Assembly (NCBI RefSeq): GCF_004010195.1
Contig: NC_057750.1
Coordinates: 9,434,062-9,497,917, forward strand
Direction of reading: 5' to 3'
DNA length: 63,856 nucleotides
Origin: Chiloscyllium plagiosum
Taxonomy: Eukaryota
Shown in pieces: positions 12,596 through 25,085 of the stretch; position 1 is the first letter of the stretch; the number at the start of each line of letters is the position of its first letter. A model generated the notes under the pieces. It did no database searches. It saw only the letters and a list, made by a program, of their open reading frames with translations, and was not told where the DNA came from. The position numbers were made by a program, and so were the translations under genes.

Positions 12596-12657
12596 AATAT
12601 TCTATTCTATGAAACAAATGGTGCTTCCCCATTGTGGTATTTGCCAATAGCCAAAGT

Positions 12658-13130
12658 AGAGTCATAGAGATGTACAGCACAGAAGCAGACCCTTCAGCCC
12701 AACTCTTCCATGCCGACCCAATATCCTAAATTAATCTGGTCCCATTTGTCAGCACTTGGCCCATATCCCTCCAAACCCTTCCCATTCATATCCCCATCCA
12801 GATGCCTTTTGTAATTGTCCCAGCCTTCACCACTTTCACTCGTTCCATACACGCACCACCCCCATGTGTGATCCCTTTTAAATCTTTTCTTAAACCTATG
12901 CCCTCTGGCTTTGGACCTCCCTCCCCCTGGGGAAAAGAAACTGAAAGAGCTGTGAATGCCATAAATCAGAGTTTAATGGAAAAGTTTAGCAGGCCTGGCA
13001 ACATCTGTGGAGAGAAATCAGAGTTAACAATTTCAGGTCTCGTGACCCTTCCTCAGAACTGGGAAAAAAGCCCTTCGCTAATCACCCTATCCATGCCCCT
13101 TTATAAACCTCTATAAGGTCACCCTCAGCC
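12658..13130 (-). mobile_element. CR1 LINE 3' end with PLE-like insert (about 12940-13062)
   Basis: Reverse complement of CR1 3'UTR/ORF2. Confidence 0.75.
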
Positions 13131-13829
13131 TGAGTTACTTGGAGTCCTGCTTACAAAGTCCCGAACAGTGGAAAAATCGGAATTCACTGAGGGAGACAGC
13201 GGGATTAGCAGAGTTGTGGTGTTTGGGAACCACTGGCCTGTGCCTGTGGAAGCGGCTCCCTGTTAGACTCGCAGTAAATTGGCCACAAAAAGCAAACAGA
13301 AAATGCTGAAAATACCCCAGGCACATCTGTCCAGACCTGTGAAGGGAAAAAGATAGGTTCCAGATGTTCTTGCTTAAGGCACACAATGTCCCATGTCAAG
13401 GGTTTGAGGTCAGTTTAGGGGCAGCGTTTGATCCCTGTGTCTCTGGGTTGTTCCTGAAGTGTTCCCACCCTAGTTGACTTTCAGTGCTGCTGAGATGGAA
13501 TTGGACTGTCTAGCCAGTTAGCTCAGCCCTTATAATCATTTCTCGGCCTGTCTCTTGAGCATTCATGGTTTTCTCTTCACCCTCTGTGTTAGTGCGGCTG
13601 TTTTACAATGAGCTGTCTCAGCTTCGACTGTGTCTCTCTGCCTTTCCAATTCCTTTCTCTCTTATTCCTTTACGAGTGGGATCTTTCCTTCTCATTGAGG
13701 GGCAGTGTGGGAAGATGATAAGTTGTAAGGTGATTTCCTCAGATTGGCAGACCAGGCTCGAGGGGCCAAATGGCCTGTGTTTTATTAACATTCCTTCCCG
13801 GTCTCTATCTGCCCCTGTATCTCCCCCTT

Positions 13830-13990
13830 TGAGAATTAGAATTAGGTTCTATTGCCACGTGTACTCAAGCACAGGAGTACAGTGAAAAGTGTACAATGTT
13901 GCCTCACACTGTACCGTCTCAGGTACAAAGTACTTCGTTACAAATCTTAGGTACTAAAATCAATTAAGTACAAAATAAATAAACAAAGAG
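13830..13990 (-). mobile_element. 3' tail of a non-LTR element (possibly Rex1/Babar-like)
   Basis: ttttcactgtactc...gtggcaata plus (ttctaa)n on the minus strand; related pieces near 32330-32475 and 62400-62500. Confidence 0.45.
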
Positions 13991-14799
13991 AAAAGTGAAA
14001 AATTTGACATTACTCCAGCTCAATAACCCTCCCTGCCTCTCCTCCACCGTCTCTCTCCGTGCCTGACTGTATTTGTATCGACCACTACCTTTGCATTTGT
14101 TTAGCCTCCACGTTGCAACAGCGTGTTTGTACAAAACATTGGCTCTTTAGGATGACCCTGAGGCTGCGGAAGGTGCTACGCGAATGCAGGAGTTCCGCCC
14201 CTCTTGCCCATCGCTGGGCGTCTCTTCCCCCCCCCCCCCCGCCAAGCGCATGCCCCTTCCCTCCCTGTGTCCGCGTGTACCTTTCTGCTCCTTTCATTTT
14301 AAAGCTGTACTAGGAGAGTCCCTGTCCCCGTCCCCATCACTGAATGAGCTGCTTCACAAAGTGGTTGTGTCACAAAAAGGGCTTGCATTTATATAGCGAC
14401 TTTCCCATCCTCGGGCCGTATCGAGTTTCTTTTGTGAAATGATGGAATGATACAGTGTTAGAGGAGGTAATGTGACCCAGGGGAGTGCCTTTTGCAGCCA
14501 CTATTGTGGTTGACAGGGCAGCTAATGTGTGTGTACAACACCATGAGGGCTAGGAGTGGGAGGAGGCCATTCAGCCCTTCAAACCCAGGATCGTGCTCAA
14601 TCTTCAGCTCCCACACTGTCCCCAGTTTTGAATTATCGATCGCACCCTGAGCAAGCGCGGGATGAGTTGCTCTGGGATACAGAATTCCAAACGTCATTCC
14701 CCTCTGCGTGAAAAGATTCCTCAGCTTAGCCCTAAATGGGTTGCTATCCATCCCGAGACTATGCCCTCTTCTTCCAAGCTGCCTTCCTCGAGGAGATGA

Positions 14800-15135
14800 C
14801 AGCCGAGTGGTATTATTGCTGCGCTGTTAATCCACAGATCCAGGAAATGTCCCAGGTTCCCAGGTTCAAATCCTGCCCAGGGCAGATGGTGGAGTTTGAA
14901 TTCGATAAAAATCTGGAATTAAGAATCTAAAGATGACCAGGAGTCGATTGTTGGAAAAAACCCATCTGATTCACTCATGCCCTTTAGGGTAGGAAACAGC
15001 CATTCTTACCTGGTCTACATGTGACTCCAGACCCACAACAATGTGATTGACTCTTAACTGCCCTCTGGGCAATTAGGGATGAGGCAATAAATGCTGACCT
15101 AGCCAGTGATGCCCTCATCCTGTGAATGAACAATT
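14800..15135 (+). mobile_element. tRNA-derived SINE with LF-SINE-like 3' tail
   Basis: B box ggttcaaatcc; tail gggcaattagggatg...aataaatgctg...gatgccctcatcctgtgaatgaa. Confidence 0.65.
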
Positions 15136-15772
15136 AAAACAAATATCCTCCTCCCTACATTGACGATGTTGAGCTCTGTCAGTATTTTGTATCACATTTT
15201 TGGACATGGGGGCAGGTGGGACTTGGACTTGGACCTTCTGGCTCTGAAGTAGGGACACTACCACTGCATCACAAGAGTCTTCAGAGTTTTGGATATTTGT
15301 TTGAGATCACCTCTTTGTCGAAACCCTAGAGACTATTGCCCTAGCCTGTTTAATCTTCTCACACATCCCTCTGTGTGAAGAATTTGTCTTTTTAAAATCT
15401 CTTTCCTCTCACCTTAAATATTTTGAAGAACTATTCCCTCCCTTCATCCAGCGCAGTTAAATCTTCAATGTATTCCCTCTATGGCAAGATTATCTTTCCT
15501 TAGGTAATGAGCTCAAAACTGTACACTATATTCTGTTTGTGATCTCACCAAGGCTGTATAAAATTGCAATGCAACAATTTTCCTCATGACCTCAACTCTT
15601 CTTGGAATAAATGGTGACACGTTATTTGCTTTCTTGATAACGTAGCAAATTCCCAGGAATAGCAAAGTAATACTGACCAGCCCAACTGGTTTATATATGT
15701 TGGCTAAGGGATGAATATTGACCCAGACCACCATGCACAGTCAGAACCCATCTAGTCCTCTTCAACATATTT

Positions 15773-16039
15773 AAGGTGGGAGGAGAGAGATTTTAAAAAA
15801 TACTTGAGCGGCAAATTCTTCACACAGAGGGTGGTTCGCGTGTGGAATGAACTTCCTGAGGAAGTGGTGAATGTGGTACAGTTACAACATTTAAAAGACA
15901 CTTGGATAATTATATGACTAGGAAAGGTTTAGAGGGATATGGGCCAGGAGCAGGCAGGGGGACTAACTTAGTTTGGGATTATGGACAACATGGGCTGGTT
16001 GGACTGAAAGGTCGGTTTCTGTGCTGTAAGACTCTGTGG
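15773..16039 (+). mobile_element. CR1 LINE 3' end
   Basis: FTQRVVRVWNELP-like sequence and 3'UTR. Confidence 0.8.
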
Positions 16040-16242
16040 TTTGGAGTTGCTGGTGTTGGACTGAGGTGGACAAAGTTAAAAAAATCACACACCACCAGGT
16101 TATAGTCCAACAGGTTTAATTGGAAGCACTAGCTTTCGGAGCGACGCTCCTTCATCAGGTGGTTGTGTAGCATCGCTCCGAAAGCTAGTGCTTCCAATTA
16201 AACCTGTTGGACAATAACCTGGTGTTGTGTGATTTTTAACTT
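16040..16242. mobile_element. palindromic mini Penelope-like element (family B)
   Basis: Inverted arms; TSD tgtaag(a/g)ctct(g/a)tgg at 16025-16039 and 16243-16257. Confidence 0.8.
16127..16161 (-). ncRNA. minimal type I hammerhead ribozyme motif
   Basis: CAC-CUGAUGA-A-GGAGC-GUC-GCUCC-GAAAGCUA-GUG: intact core, 5-bp stem II, 3-bp stem I, no intramolecular stem III. Confidence 0.75.
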
Positions 16243-16324
16243 TGTAAGGCTCTATGGCTCCATAAAATGGTTCCATGGGATCTTTAGCAATCCACATGAG
16301 GAGGGAAGACAGAGTCTCAACAGA

Positions 16325-16640
16325 GGAGGCAGTAGTCTAGTGGTATTATCACTAGATTATTAATCCAGAGACCCAGGTTCAAATTCTGTTGAGGCAGATG
16401 GTGGAATTTGAATTCAACAAAAGTCTGAAATGAAGAAACTAATGATGGGATTGAAGGAATAACATTAAGAACCCCATCCTCTTCACTTTAGGGAAGGGGA
16501 CTGCCAGCCTTCCCCAGTCTGACCTACATGTGACTCCAGACGCACAGCAAAGTGGTTGAGTCTTGCCTGCTCTCTGGGCAATTAGGGATGGGCAAGAAAT
16601 GCTGGCCTCACCCAGTGATGTCCAGATTCAATGAATGAAT
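16325..16640 (+). mobile_element. tRNA-derived SINE with LF-SINE-like tail
   Basis: Same family as 14800-15135. Confidence 0.65.
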
Positions 16641-17049
16641 CAGGGGAAAGAACCCACCAAAAGGGACAGGTAACGTTTCAGAAAAAAAACACAAGGGTCC
16701 TTGTGTCATCAAGAGTTAATTAGGGGACAGTTAATCGTAGTGAGTCAGATGCATTCTGAAACAATCCAGTGACATTCTTGGTGATTTTTCTGGTGCCTTT
16801 CCAACATTACATTTATTGAACTGACCTTGAATTTTGCCAAAGTGCAAATTAATCTCCTCATTTTCTCATTCGCGTCCAGGACTGAATCACCTCCAGCTTT
16901 TCCGACTGACACAAGCTTGGCTTTGTCAATCTGCTTGACGCTTGTCATGCGTTTCCTTCCTGCAGAGAAAGGAAGGGCAATGGAGGGTGAGCTATCCCAG
17001 CATCCTTAGCAGCACTGAAAGCCCTCTATTAAAACTGAAGGCCATGCAT

Positions 17050-17200
17050 GAAAGGATTTGCAATTGTAAAGCACTTTTCACAACAATAGGGTGTCCAAAA
17101 GCGCCTCACAGCCAATGAATTTGTTTTGTATTTTGTGCAAAGTGTAGTTTCTGTAGTAATGTAGGAAAAGCAACAGCTAATTTATGCACAGCAAGCTGGT
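17050..17200 (-). mobile_element. DeuSINE-like remnant
   Basis: cacagccaatgaa...gtaatgtaggaaa...gctaatttatgcacagcaag; related pieces near 14380-14540, 15640-15770 and 61610-61880. Confidence 0.5.
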
Positions 17201-17546
17201 GCAGGAAAGCAAAAACACCTTCCTACTCATCTCATACGGCTGGCATCTTCTTGTTTCGTCAGGCCGGCCAACAGCATCTCTCAGTCACAGTCACACAGAA
17301 TCGTGCTGGTGCAGGAGGAGGGAATTCGACCCATCTTGCCTGGCCTCTCTCCTCTGTATCAGAAATCCCACAATCCCACAATCCCACTCCACAGGCATGA
17401 ATGTCTCAGCCCACGCTATTCTTTAAGATAAAGAGGTGTCCCAGGGCCAACATGGATAACACGACTCACATCACTCGGGGAGGCTTTGTTTCCTTCGTTA
17501 ATGGGGTATGGGTGTAACTGGGCAGAGCAGTATTTATTACCCATTT

Positions 17547-18140
17547 CATAGAATCCCTACAGTGTGGAAGCTGGCCATTCAGCCCAGTGAGTCCACATCA
17601 GCTCTCTGAACAGCAGTCCACCCAGATTCCTCCACCCCCCCGCCTCCCCCCAACCAAACTAACTCTGCATTACCCATGGCTAACCCAACTAGCCTGCACA
17701 TCCCTGGATACTATGGGGCAATTTAGCATGGCCAACCCACCCTAACCTGCACATCCCTGGGCGCTATGGGGCAATTTAGGATGGCCAATCCACCCTAACC
17801 TGCACATCCCTGAACACTATGGGGTAATTTAGCATGGCCAATCCACCCTAACCTACACATCCCTGAAAATTATGGGTAATTTAGCATGGCTAACCCAAGT
17901 AGCCTGCACATCTCTGGGCGCTATGGGGCAATTTAGCATGGCCAATCCAACTAGACTGCACATCCCTGAACACTATGAGCAATTAAACATGGCTAACCCA
18001 CTCTGACCTGCACATGTTTGGACTGTGGGAGGAAACCCACACAGACACAGGGAGAATGCTCCACACAGACAGTCGCCTGAGGCTGGAATTGAACCCAGGT
18101 CCCTGGTACTTTGAGGCAGCAGTGCTAACCACTGAGCCCA
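17547..18140 (-). mobile_element. HE1-type V-SINE with internal ~53-bp tandem expansion
   Basis: Head at about 18140; about six internal repeats at 17699-18010. Confidence 0.88.
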
Positions 18141-18539
18141 CTCCAAATGAGTCAGCCACATTGCTGTGAGTCTGGAGTCACGTGTAGGCCAGACCGAGCA
18201 AAATGGCAGATTTCCTTCCCTTAGAAGATGAATCCCTTGGAGTTTTTACAACAATTGATAATTCTTGACACAATCACTTTACTCTATAAGAATAGAAATT
18301 TATTGGCAGGTGTATTTTTACAAAAACATAAAGAAAGTGTTGTATAAGTTGCCATACGGTGATGTCTAAATTAATGACAGAAGCCATAATTGAGAAGAAA
18401 AGTTAAAAGTTACAATAAGATGCTTCTGTTCATCAGAGCAGGGTGATTATCCTCTCACACACCAACCCTCATACATCCCTAAAGGTCCCATGCTCTTAAA
18501 AGGTAGTAGGTAAGCAACATGGTGATCAGGACTTTTTTT

Positions 18540-18872
18540 AAAAATGCATTTGTGAAATGTGGGTGTTGCTGACTGGGCCCAGCATTGATTACCCATCCTT
18601 AATTGCCCCTTGAGAAGGTGGGGATGAGCTGCATTCTTGAACTGCTGCAGTCCACCTGCTGTGGGTAGACCCACGATGCCCTTAGGGAGGGAATTCTGGG
18701 ATTTTGACCCAGTAACACTGAAGGAACGGCGATGTATTTCCAAATCAGGATGGGGAGTGGCTCGGAGGGCAACTTGCAGGGGGTGTTGTACTCGTGTATC
18801 TATTGCCCTTGTCCTTCTAGATGGAAGTGGTTGTGGATTTGGAAGGTGCTGTCTGAAGATCCTTGCTGAATT
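18540..18872 (-). mobile_element. 3' end of the second CR1-like LINE family
   Basis: ORF end plus tail gggcaattaaggatggg...aatgctgggcccag shared with the 14800-type SINE. Confidence 0.7.
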
Positions 18873-18927
18873 TGGATCTACAAATTGAATTTAGTAACAC
18901 TTTCCCAGACATGCAGGTAGTGAGTGT

Positions 18928-19630
18928 CATAGAGTCATACAGCACAGAAACAGACTCTTTGGTCCAACTTGTCCAAGTCCTAACCTAATCTAGTTCTATT
19001 TGCCAGCACTTGGCCCATATCCCTCTAAGCCTTTCCTATTTGTGTACTCATCCAGATGCCTTTTAAATGTTGTAATTGTACCAGCCTCCACCACTTCCTC
19101 TGGCAGCTCATTCCATACACGTACCACCCTCTGTGTGAAAATGTTGCCCCTTATGTCCTTTTTAAATTGTTTCCCTCTCACCTTAACCCATGCCCCCTCG
19201 GACTCCCCTACCCTGTGGAAAAGACCTTGTCTATTTCTCCTATCCATGCCCCTCATGATTTTATAAACCTCTATAAGGTCACCACCCCTCAGCCTCCAAC
19301 ACTCCAAGGAAAACAGCCCCAGCCTGTTCAGCCTCTGCCTCTAGCTCACATCCTCCAACCCCGGCAACATCCTTGTAAAATGAAAGATTCCGACCCAAAG
19401 CGGCATTTTTCCTGCTCCTCTGATGCTGCCTGAACCTACTGCACTTTTCCAGCTCCACACTTTATCAACTCTGGCTTCCAGCATCTGCAATCCTCACTAT
19501 CTTCATCCTTTCTGAACCCTTTCAAGTTTCACAATAACTTTTCTATAGCAGGGAGACCAGAATTGAACACTGTATTCCAGAGGTCGCTTAACCGATGTCC
19601 CGTCCAGCCACAACACGACCTCCCAACTCC
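18928..19630 (-). mobile_element. CR1/HER1 LINE 3' part with PLE fragment (about 19380-19500)
   Basis: ORF RLRGGDLIEVYKIMRG...WNELPEEVV. Confidence 0.9.
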
Positions 19631-20452
19631 TTTTAGTCATTAACTAATTTCCTAAACTGACCTGCCTCATAGAACATGGACCATTACAGCGCAGTACAGG
19701 CCCTCCAGCCCTCGATGTTGCGCCGACCTGTGAAACCAATCTGGAAGGTCTTTTGCCCAAAAAGTTGATTTTCCTGCTCCTCATGGATGCTTCCTGACCG
19801 GCTGTGTTTTTCCAGCACCACTCTCTTCTAAACTCTGTTTTCCAGCATCTGCAGTCCTCACCTTTGCCCATCTAAACTACACTATTTCATTATCATCCAT
19901 ACGTTTATCCAATGACCATTTAAACGCCCTTAAAGTTGACGAGTCCATTACTCGTTCCACGCGCCTACTGCTCTCATTCAAGGATTTGTACACGTCTATC
20001 CCAGGTCCCTCTGCTTCTTTACTCCCGAAAGATTGCAGCCTTGATCATTCCTGAGGAAGGGCTTATGCCCAAAACGTCGATTCTCCTGTTCCCTGGATGC
20101 TGCCTGACCTGCTGCGCTTTTCCAGCAACACATTTTCAGCCTTTATCTTACGTTGATTCTCCGAATCAAAAGTGAATCCCTTCACGATTCTTTGACTTAA
20201 TTTTGAACTACCACGTGTCGGCCATAAGTCAGTGATGATCATCCTCACGATTCACAACGCTGCTCCATGTTCCCCTCTGTTCTGCGCCTCCTCTTTAGTG
20301 GTTTGGACAGGCAGGCAGTGGAAGGCAAACAGCAATTAAAGGCTAGGAGGAGAGGAGTTGCCAACCACAGCCGATGTGATCATCAGTTGCCTTGACCGAA
20401 TCCCTGACCCGTTTTCACTCCACCCTTCCCGAACTGGCCTCTGAACACCACG

Positions 20453-20617
20453 TTAAAAATCACACACCACCAGGTTATAATCGCAACAGTACAGTACAAG
20501 CTTTCAGAGTGCTGCCCCTTCATCAGACCTCGAGCTAAATAAACCTGTCGGACTATAACCTGGTGTTGTGTGATGTTTAACTTTGTCCACCCCAGTCCAA
20601 CGCCGGCTCCTCCACAT
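20453..20617. mobile_element. palindromic mini PLE (family B), degraded
   Basis: Inverted ttaaaaatcacacaccaccaggttata / tataacctggtgttgtgtga arms around a hammerhead remnant. Confidence 0.65.
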
Positions 20618-21741
20618 CACCTCTGAAGATCAACACTGCTGTGTGTAACCCTGAGGGGGGAAAACCCATCAGCAAACATCAGAAGGAACCACCATCTTCT
20701 GAAAAGATTTAAGGTCTCACTATTGAGTACCAAAGTACGGAGAGCAACAGGGGGAGAAGTAGACTGATTGGCCAGTGGGTTAACCGTTATCCCATTGGAG
20801 AAAGGGTCTTCCTGCTTGCCGATTGGTGTAGAGAGGCAGGGGGTCAAGAGGCTGGACATGTCAGCTGACCAATGGGCTGGGGTTTGAGGGCACGGCAGGT
20901 GGCAACATCTCCAGGAATGCCCTTGACGCAGTTGATCGCCATCCTGGCCCAGCTCTGATGCCAGTCTTCCCGCACTTTGACGGACGGTTTGAAGAAGGGA
21001 GCCTGGCTCACGTTCATTCACGAAGAAAAGAGGAGGAGAACCTTCACCTGTACCTTCACTGCAAAGCCCCCCACCCCGTCCTCAACCTGCAACACCCGCA
21101 CAGCCCCTGCAAACCCATGACCCCCTTCCCCCAACAGACATTCCCCTTCCATCCCAACCACCCAGGGCACATTCCACAACACCTCACCAGGGTCACTTGG
21201 TGACACCCTCAATCACCTGCAGCCAAGTCAGGGGATTGCGAAAGGAGGGCACAGGTGGGTCCACTGGCACCCTGCATTTACATAGCACCTTTAAGAAAGC
21301 GGGAACACCTCGATGCATTGCAGAGGAGCTCCCCGCCCCAAACAAAATCTTTCACACTGACACCACGTACAGATACGAGGAAGGGCAACTAATTAAGGAA
21401 GTAGGCTGTAAGAGCAGTGGATTCAAGGAGGGCGAGAGAGAGAGAGAGAGAGAGGCAGAGAGGAGTTTGGGAAAGCAGCCCTACAGCCTATGACCCCAGG
21501 CAGCCGAAGATGGAGTGAATAAATGGAGGGAGTTGGAAGAGGCCACGATTGGAGAACCACATGGAGCTCACAGGATTATGGAAAATCACACAGTGAGGCA
21601 GATTACAATCTGTGCAAAATTATTCTCTGTAATTTTTGATTGGAACGTCCAGATATTCAGATCAGTTTTAGACAGTGTGGACCATGTTAACCAATCGAGC
21701 AATCAAACTATTATGCAATAGCCTTCATTAACCTGGTAAAC

Positions 21742-23112
21742 ACCCAGTACTGTACCCCAGTGTTATACAGAGACAGACCTGTCCCCACCAGTACTGTACC
21801 CCAGTGTTATACAGTGACACAGAGACAGACCTGACCCCATCAGTACTGTAGCCCAGTGTTATACAGAGACAGACCTGTCCCCACCACGACTGTACCCCAG
21901 TTTTATACAGTGAGAGACCTGTCCCCACCAGTACTGTACCCCAGTGTTATTCAGTGACAGACCTGTCCCCACCAGTACTGTACCCCAGTTTTATACAGTG
22001 ACAGACCTGTCCCCACCAGTACTGTACCCCAGTGTTATATAGAGACAGGCCTGTCCCCACCATTACTGTACCCAAGTGTTGCACAGTGACAGACCTGTCC
22101 CCACCAGTACTGTACCCCAGTGTTAGACACAGACAGACCTGTCCCCACCAGTACTGTATCCCAGTGTTATACAGTGACAGACCTGTCCCCACCAGTACTG
22201 TACCCCAGTGTTATACAGTGACAGATCTGTCCCCACCAGTACTGTACCGCAGTGTTATACACAGACAGACCTGTCCCCACCAGTACTGTACCCCAGTGTT
22301 ATACAGTGACAGATCTGTCCCCACCAGGACTGTACCGCAGTGTTACACAGAGACAGACCTTTCCCCACCCATACTGTACCCCAGTGTTACACAGAGACAG
22401 ACCTTTTCCCCCCGTACTGTACCTCAGTGTTACACAGACACGGACCTGCCCTCTCCAGTACTGTACCCCAGTGATACACAGAGACAGGCCTGTCCCCACC
22501 ATTACTGTACTCAAGTGTTGTACAGTGACAGACCTGTCCCCACCCAGTACGGTACCCCAGTGTTATAAGTGACAGACCTGTCCCCACCAGTACTGTACCC
22601 CGGTGTTATACAGAGACAGACATGTCCCCACCCAGTACTGTACCCCAGTGTTATGCAGTGACAGACCTGTCCCCACCTGTACTGTACCCCAGTGTTGTAC
22701 AGTGACAGACCCGTCCCCACCAGTACTGTACCCCAGTGTTATACAGTGACAGACCCGTCTACACCAGTACTGTACCCCAGTGTTATGCAGTGACAGTACC
22801 TGTCCCCACCCAGTTCTGTACCCCAGTGTTATACAGTGACAGACCCGTCCCCACCAGTACTGTACCCCAGTGTTATACAGTGACAGACCTGTCTCCACCA
22901 GTACTGTACCCCAGTGTTACACAGCGACTGACCTGTCCCCACCAGTACTGTGTCCTGTGTTATACAGCGACTGACCTGTCCCCACTAATACTGTACCCCA
23001 GTGTTATACAGCGACTGACCTGTCCCCACTAATACTGTACCCCAGTGTTACACAGCGACTGACCTGTCCCCACCAGTACTGTACCCCAGTGTTATACAGC
23101 GACCGACCTGTC
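21742..23112. repeat. minisatellite, about 44 bp x about 30
   Basis: Unit cagtactgtaccccagtgttatacagtgacagacctgtccccac. Confidence 0.97.
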
Positions 23113-23404
23113 CTCTCCCTGTCCCATACCCCAGTGCGATACAGTTCGCCTTTGACGTCTTGTTGTGTTCGAGCCTACTCCCTCTTCCTTCTGTAAATTC
23201 CCGGAGCTGCTGAGCAAACCCTTCCCCCTGCTGTCGTTGGTTGTTGGAGGCTTGTATGCGGCTAGACTGAGCGAATGTTGGAGCCTCACCCTAACGCTCT
23301 GATTTTTCTCTACCTCTCCCCTCACCACCACCATCCCCTCACCTTCTGCTTTCCTCCCTGTCTCTCTCTCCACCCCTTCACCCCATCTCTCCTCCCTGCT
23401 GCAG

Positions 23405-23569
23405 GCTTCTATGAACTGAGCGAGGGTCCGTCCCCCGCTCTCTCCGATTCCTCTGCCTCCATCTTTGCCGAATGCTTTTCCAATTTCCAATCTGCTGCAT
23501 GCAACTATCCATGGATTGGTTTGGCAGAGGCTCGCATGAATTATGCAAATGAACGACCTAAATCTTTAG
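23405..23569 (+). CDS. DACT3: Dapper homolog 3, penultimate coding exon (165 nt, phase 1/1)
   Basis: Pyrimidine tract + CTGCAG acceptor and G|GTAGGT donor. Encodes (G)FYELSEGPSPALSDSSASIFAECFS...ERPKSL, matching Dact GFYELS/RPKS motifs; joins in frame to 28759. Confidence 0.9.
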
Positions 23570-23597
23570 GTAGGTGTTGAGCAGCTGACCTGCAGTC

Positions 23598-24467
23598 GGA
23601 GAGTCCTACAGCACAGAAACAGGCCCTTCGGCCCACCCAGTCCTTGCCGACCATAATCTCAAGCTAAACTAGTCCCTCCTGCCCGCTCCTGATCTATCTC
23701 TTCCTAAACCTTTCCTTTATCCAATGTTTTTATCCAAGTGTCTTTAAATGGTGTAACTTAAATAATGTTGTAACCACATTCATCCTATCCTCTGGAGATT
23801 TATTCCACACACGAACCACTCTCTGTGTAAAAAGGTTGGCCCTCGTCCTTTTTTTAAAAATCTTTCTCCTCTCATCTTAGTCCTGAATTTCCCATCCTAG
23901 GGAAAATATATCTGTCATTCACCTTATCTATACCCCTTTTCATTTTATCAATCACGATGGCAGAGGCCTTAGCACTGCTGCCTCACATCACCAGGGTCCC
24001 AGGTTTGATTCCAGCCTCGGGTGACTGTCTGTGCGGAGTTTGCACATTCTCCCCGTGTCTGTGTGGGTTTCCTCCGGGTGCTCCGGTTTCCTCCCACAAT
24101 CCAAAGCAGGTGAATTGGCCGTGCTAAATTGCCCGTAGTGTTAGGTGCATTAGTCAGCGGGAAATGAGTCTGGGTGGGTTACTCTTCGGAGGGTCGGTGT
24201 GGACTGGTTGGGCCAAAGGGTCTGTTTCCACACTGTAGGGAATCTAATCTAATAAGGTCACCCCTCAACCTCCTCCATTGAAATAAATCCCAGAATCTGT
24301 AGGCTTTCCTCGTAACTCAAGCCGTCCAGTTCCGGAAACATCCTGGTAAATGTCTTCTGAACCCTCTCCAGCTTAATAATATCCTTCCTATAACAGGACT
24401 GCATGCAGTATTCCAGAAAAGGCCTCACCAATGTCCTGTCTAACCTCAACATAACATCCCAACTCTA
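23598..24467 (-). mobile_element. CR1 LINE 3' part, split by an HE1 SINE
   Basis: ORF RTLVRPFLEYC..YRKDIIKLERVQK. Confidence 0.8.
23954..24253 (+). mobile_element. HE1-type V-SINE
   Basis: Head, V-domain and (taatc)n tail. Confidence 0.9.
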
Positions 24468-24469
24468 AG

Positions 24470-25085
24470 AGGATCCCTACAGTGTGGTAACAGGCCCTTC
24501 GGCCCAACACGTCCATACCAACCCTCCAAAGAGTAACCCAGCTCCATTCCCCTACCCTATTAGTGTATATATTTACCCCTGACTAATGTACCGAACCTAC
24601 GCATCCCTGAACACTATGGGGTAATTTAGCATGGCCAATCCACCCTAACCTGCACATCCCTGAACACTATGGGGTAATTTAGCACGGCCAATCCACCCTA
24701 ACCTACACATCCCTGAACACTATGGGGTAATTTAGCATGGCCAATCCACCCTAACCTATACATCTCTGAACACTATGGGGTAATTTAGCATGGCCAATCC
24801 ACCCTAACTTACACATCCCTGAACACTATGCGGCAATTTCTCATGGCCAGTCCACCCTAACCTATACATCCCTGAACACTATGGGGTAATTTAGCATGGC
24901 CAATCCACCCTAACCAGCACATCTTTGGACTGTGGGAGGAAACCGGAGCACCCAGAGCAAACCCATGCAGACACAGGGAGAAGGTGCAAACTCCACACAG
25001 ACAGTCGCCCGAGGCTGGAACCGAACCCAGGTCCCTGGCACTGTGAGGCAGTAGTGCCAACCACTGAGCCACCATGATGCCCACA
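24470..25085 (-). mobile_element. HE1-type V-SINE with 6 x 53-bp internal expansion
   Basis: Units start at about 24602, 24655, 24708, 24761, 24814 and 24866. Confidence 0.9.

Noticed and set aside
13184..13240. AGLAELW peptide resembling Dact exon 1 (LAGLxEL)
   Set aside because: The expected LRxRQE continuation is absent and flanks show no similarity.
21742..23112. Regular arrays and repetitive ORFs (also 51305-51967, 57803-58372, 63061-63856) as CRISPR arrays or repeat proteins
   Set aside because: Head-to-tail minisatellites with no unique spacers or cas genes; ORFs are by-products of stop-poor units.
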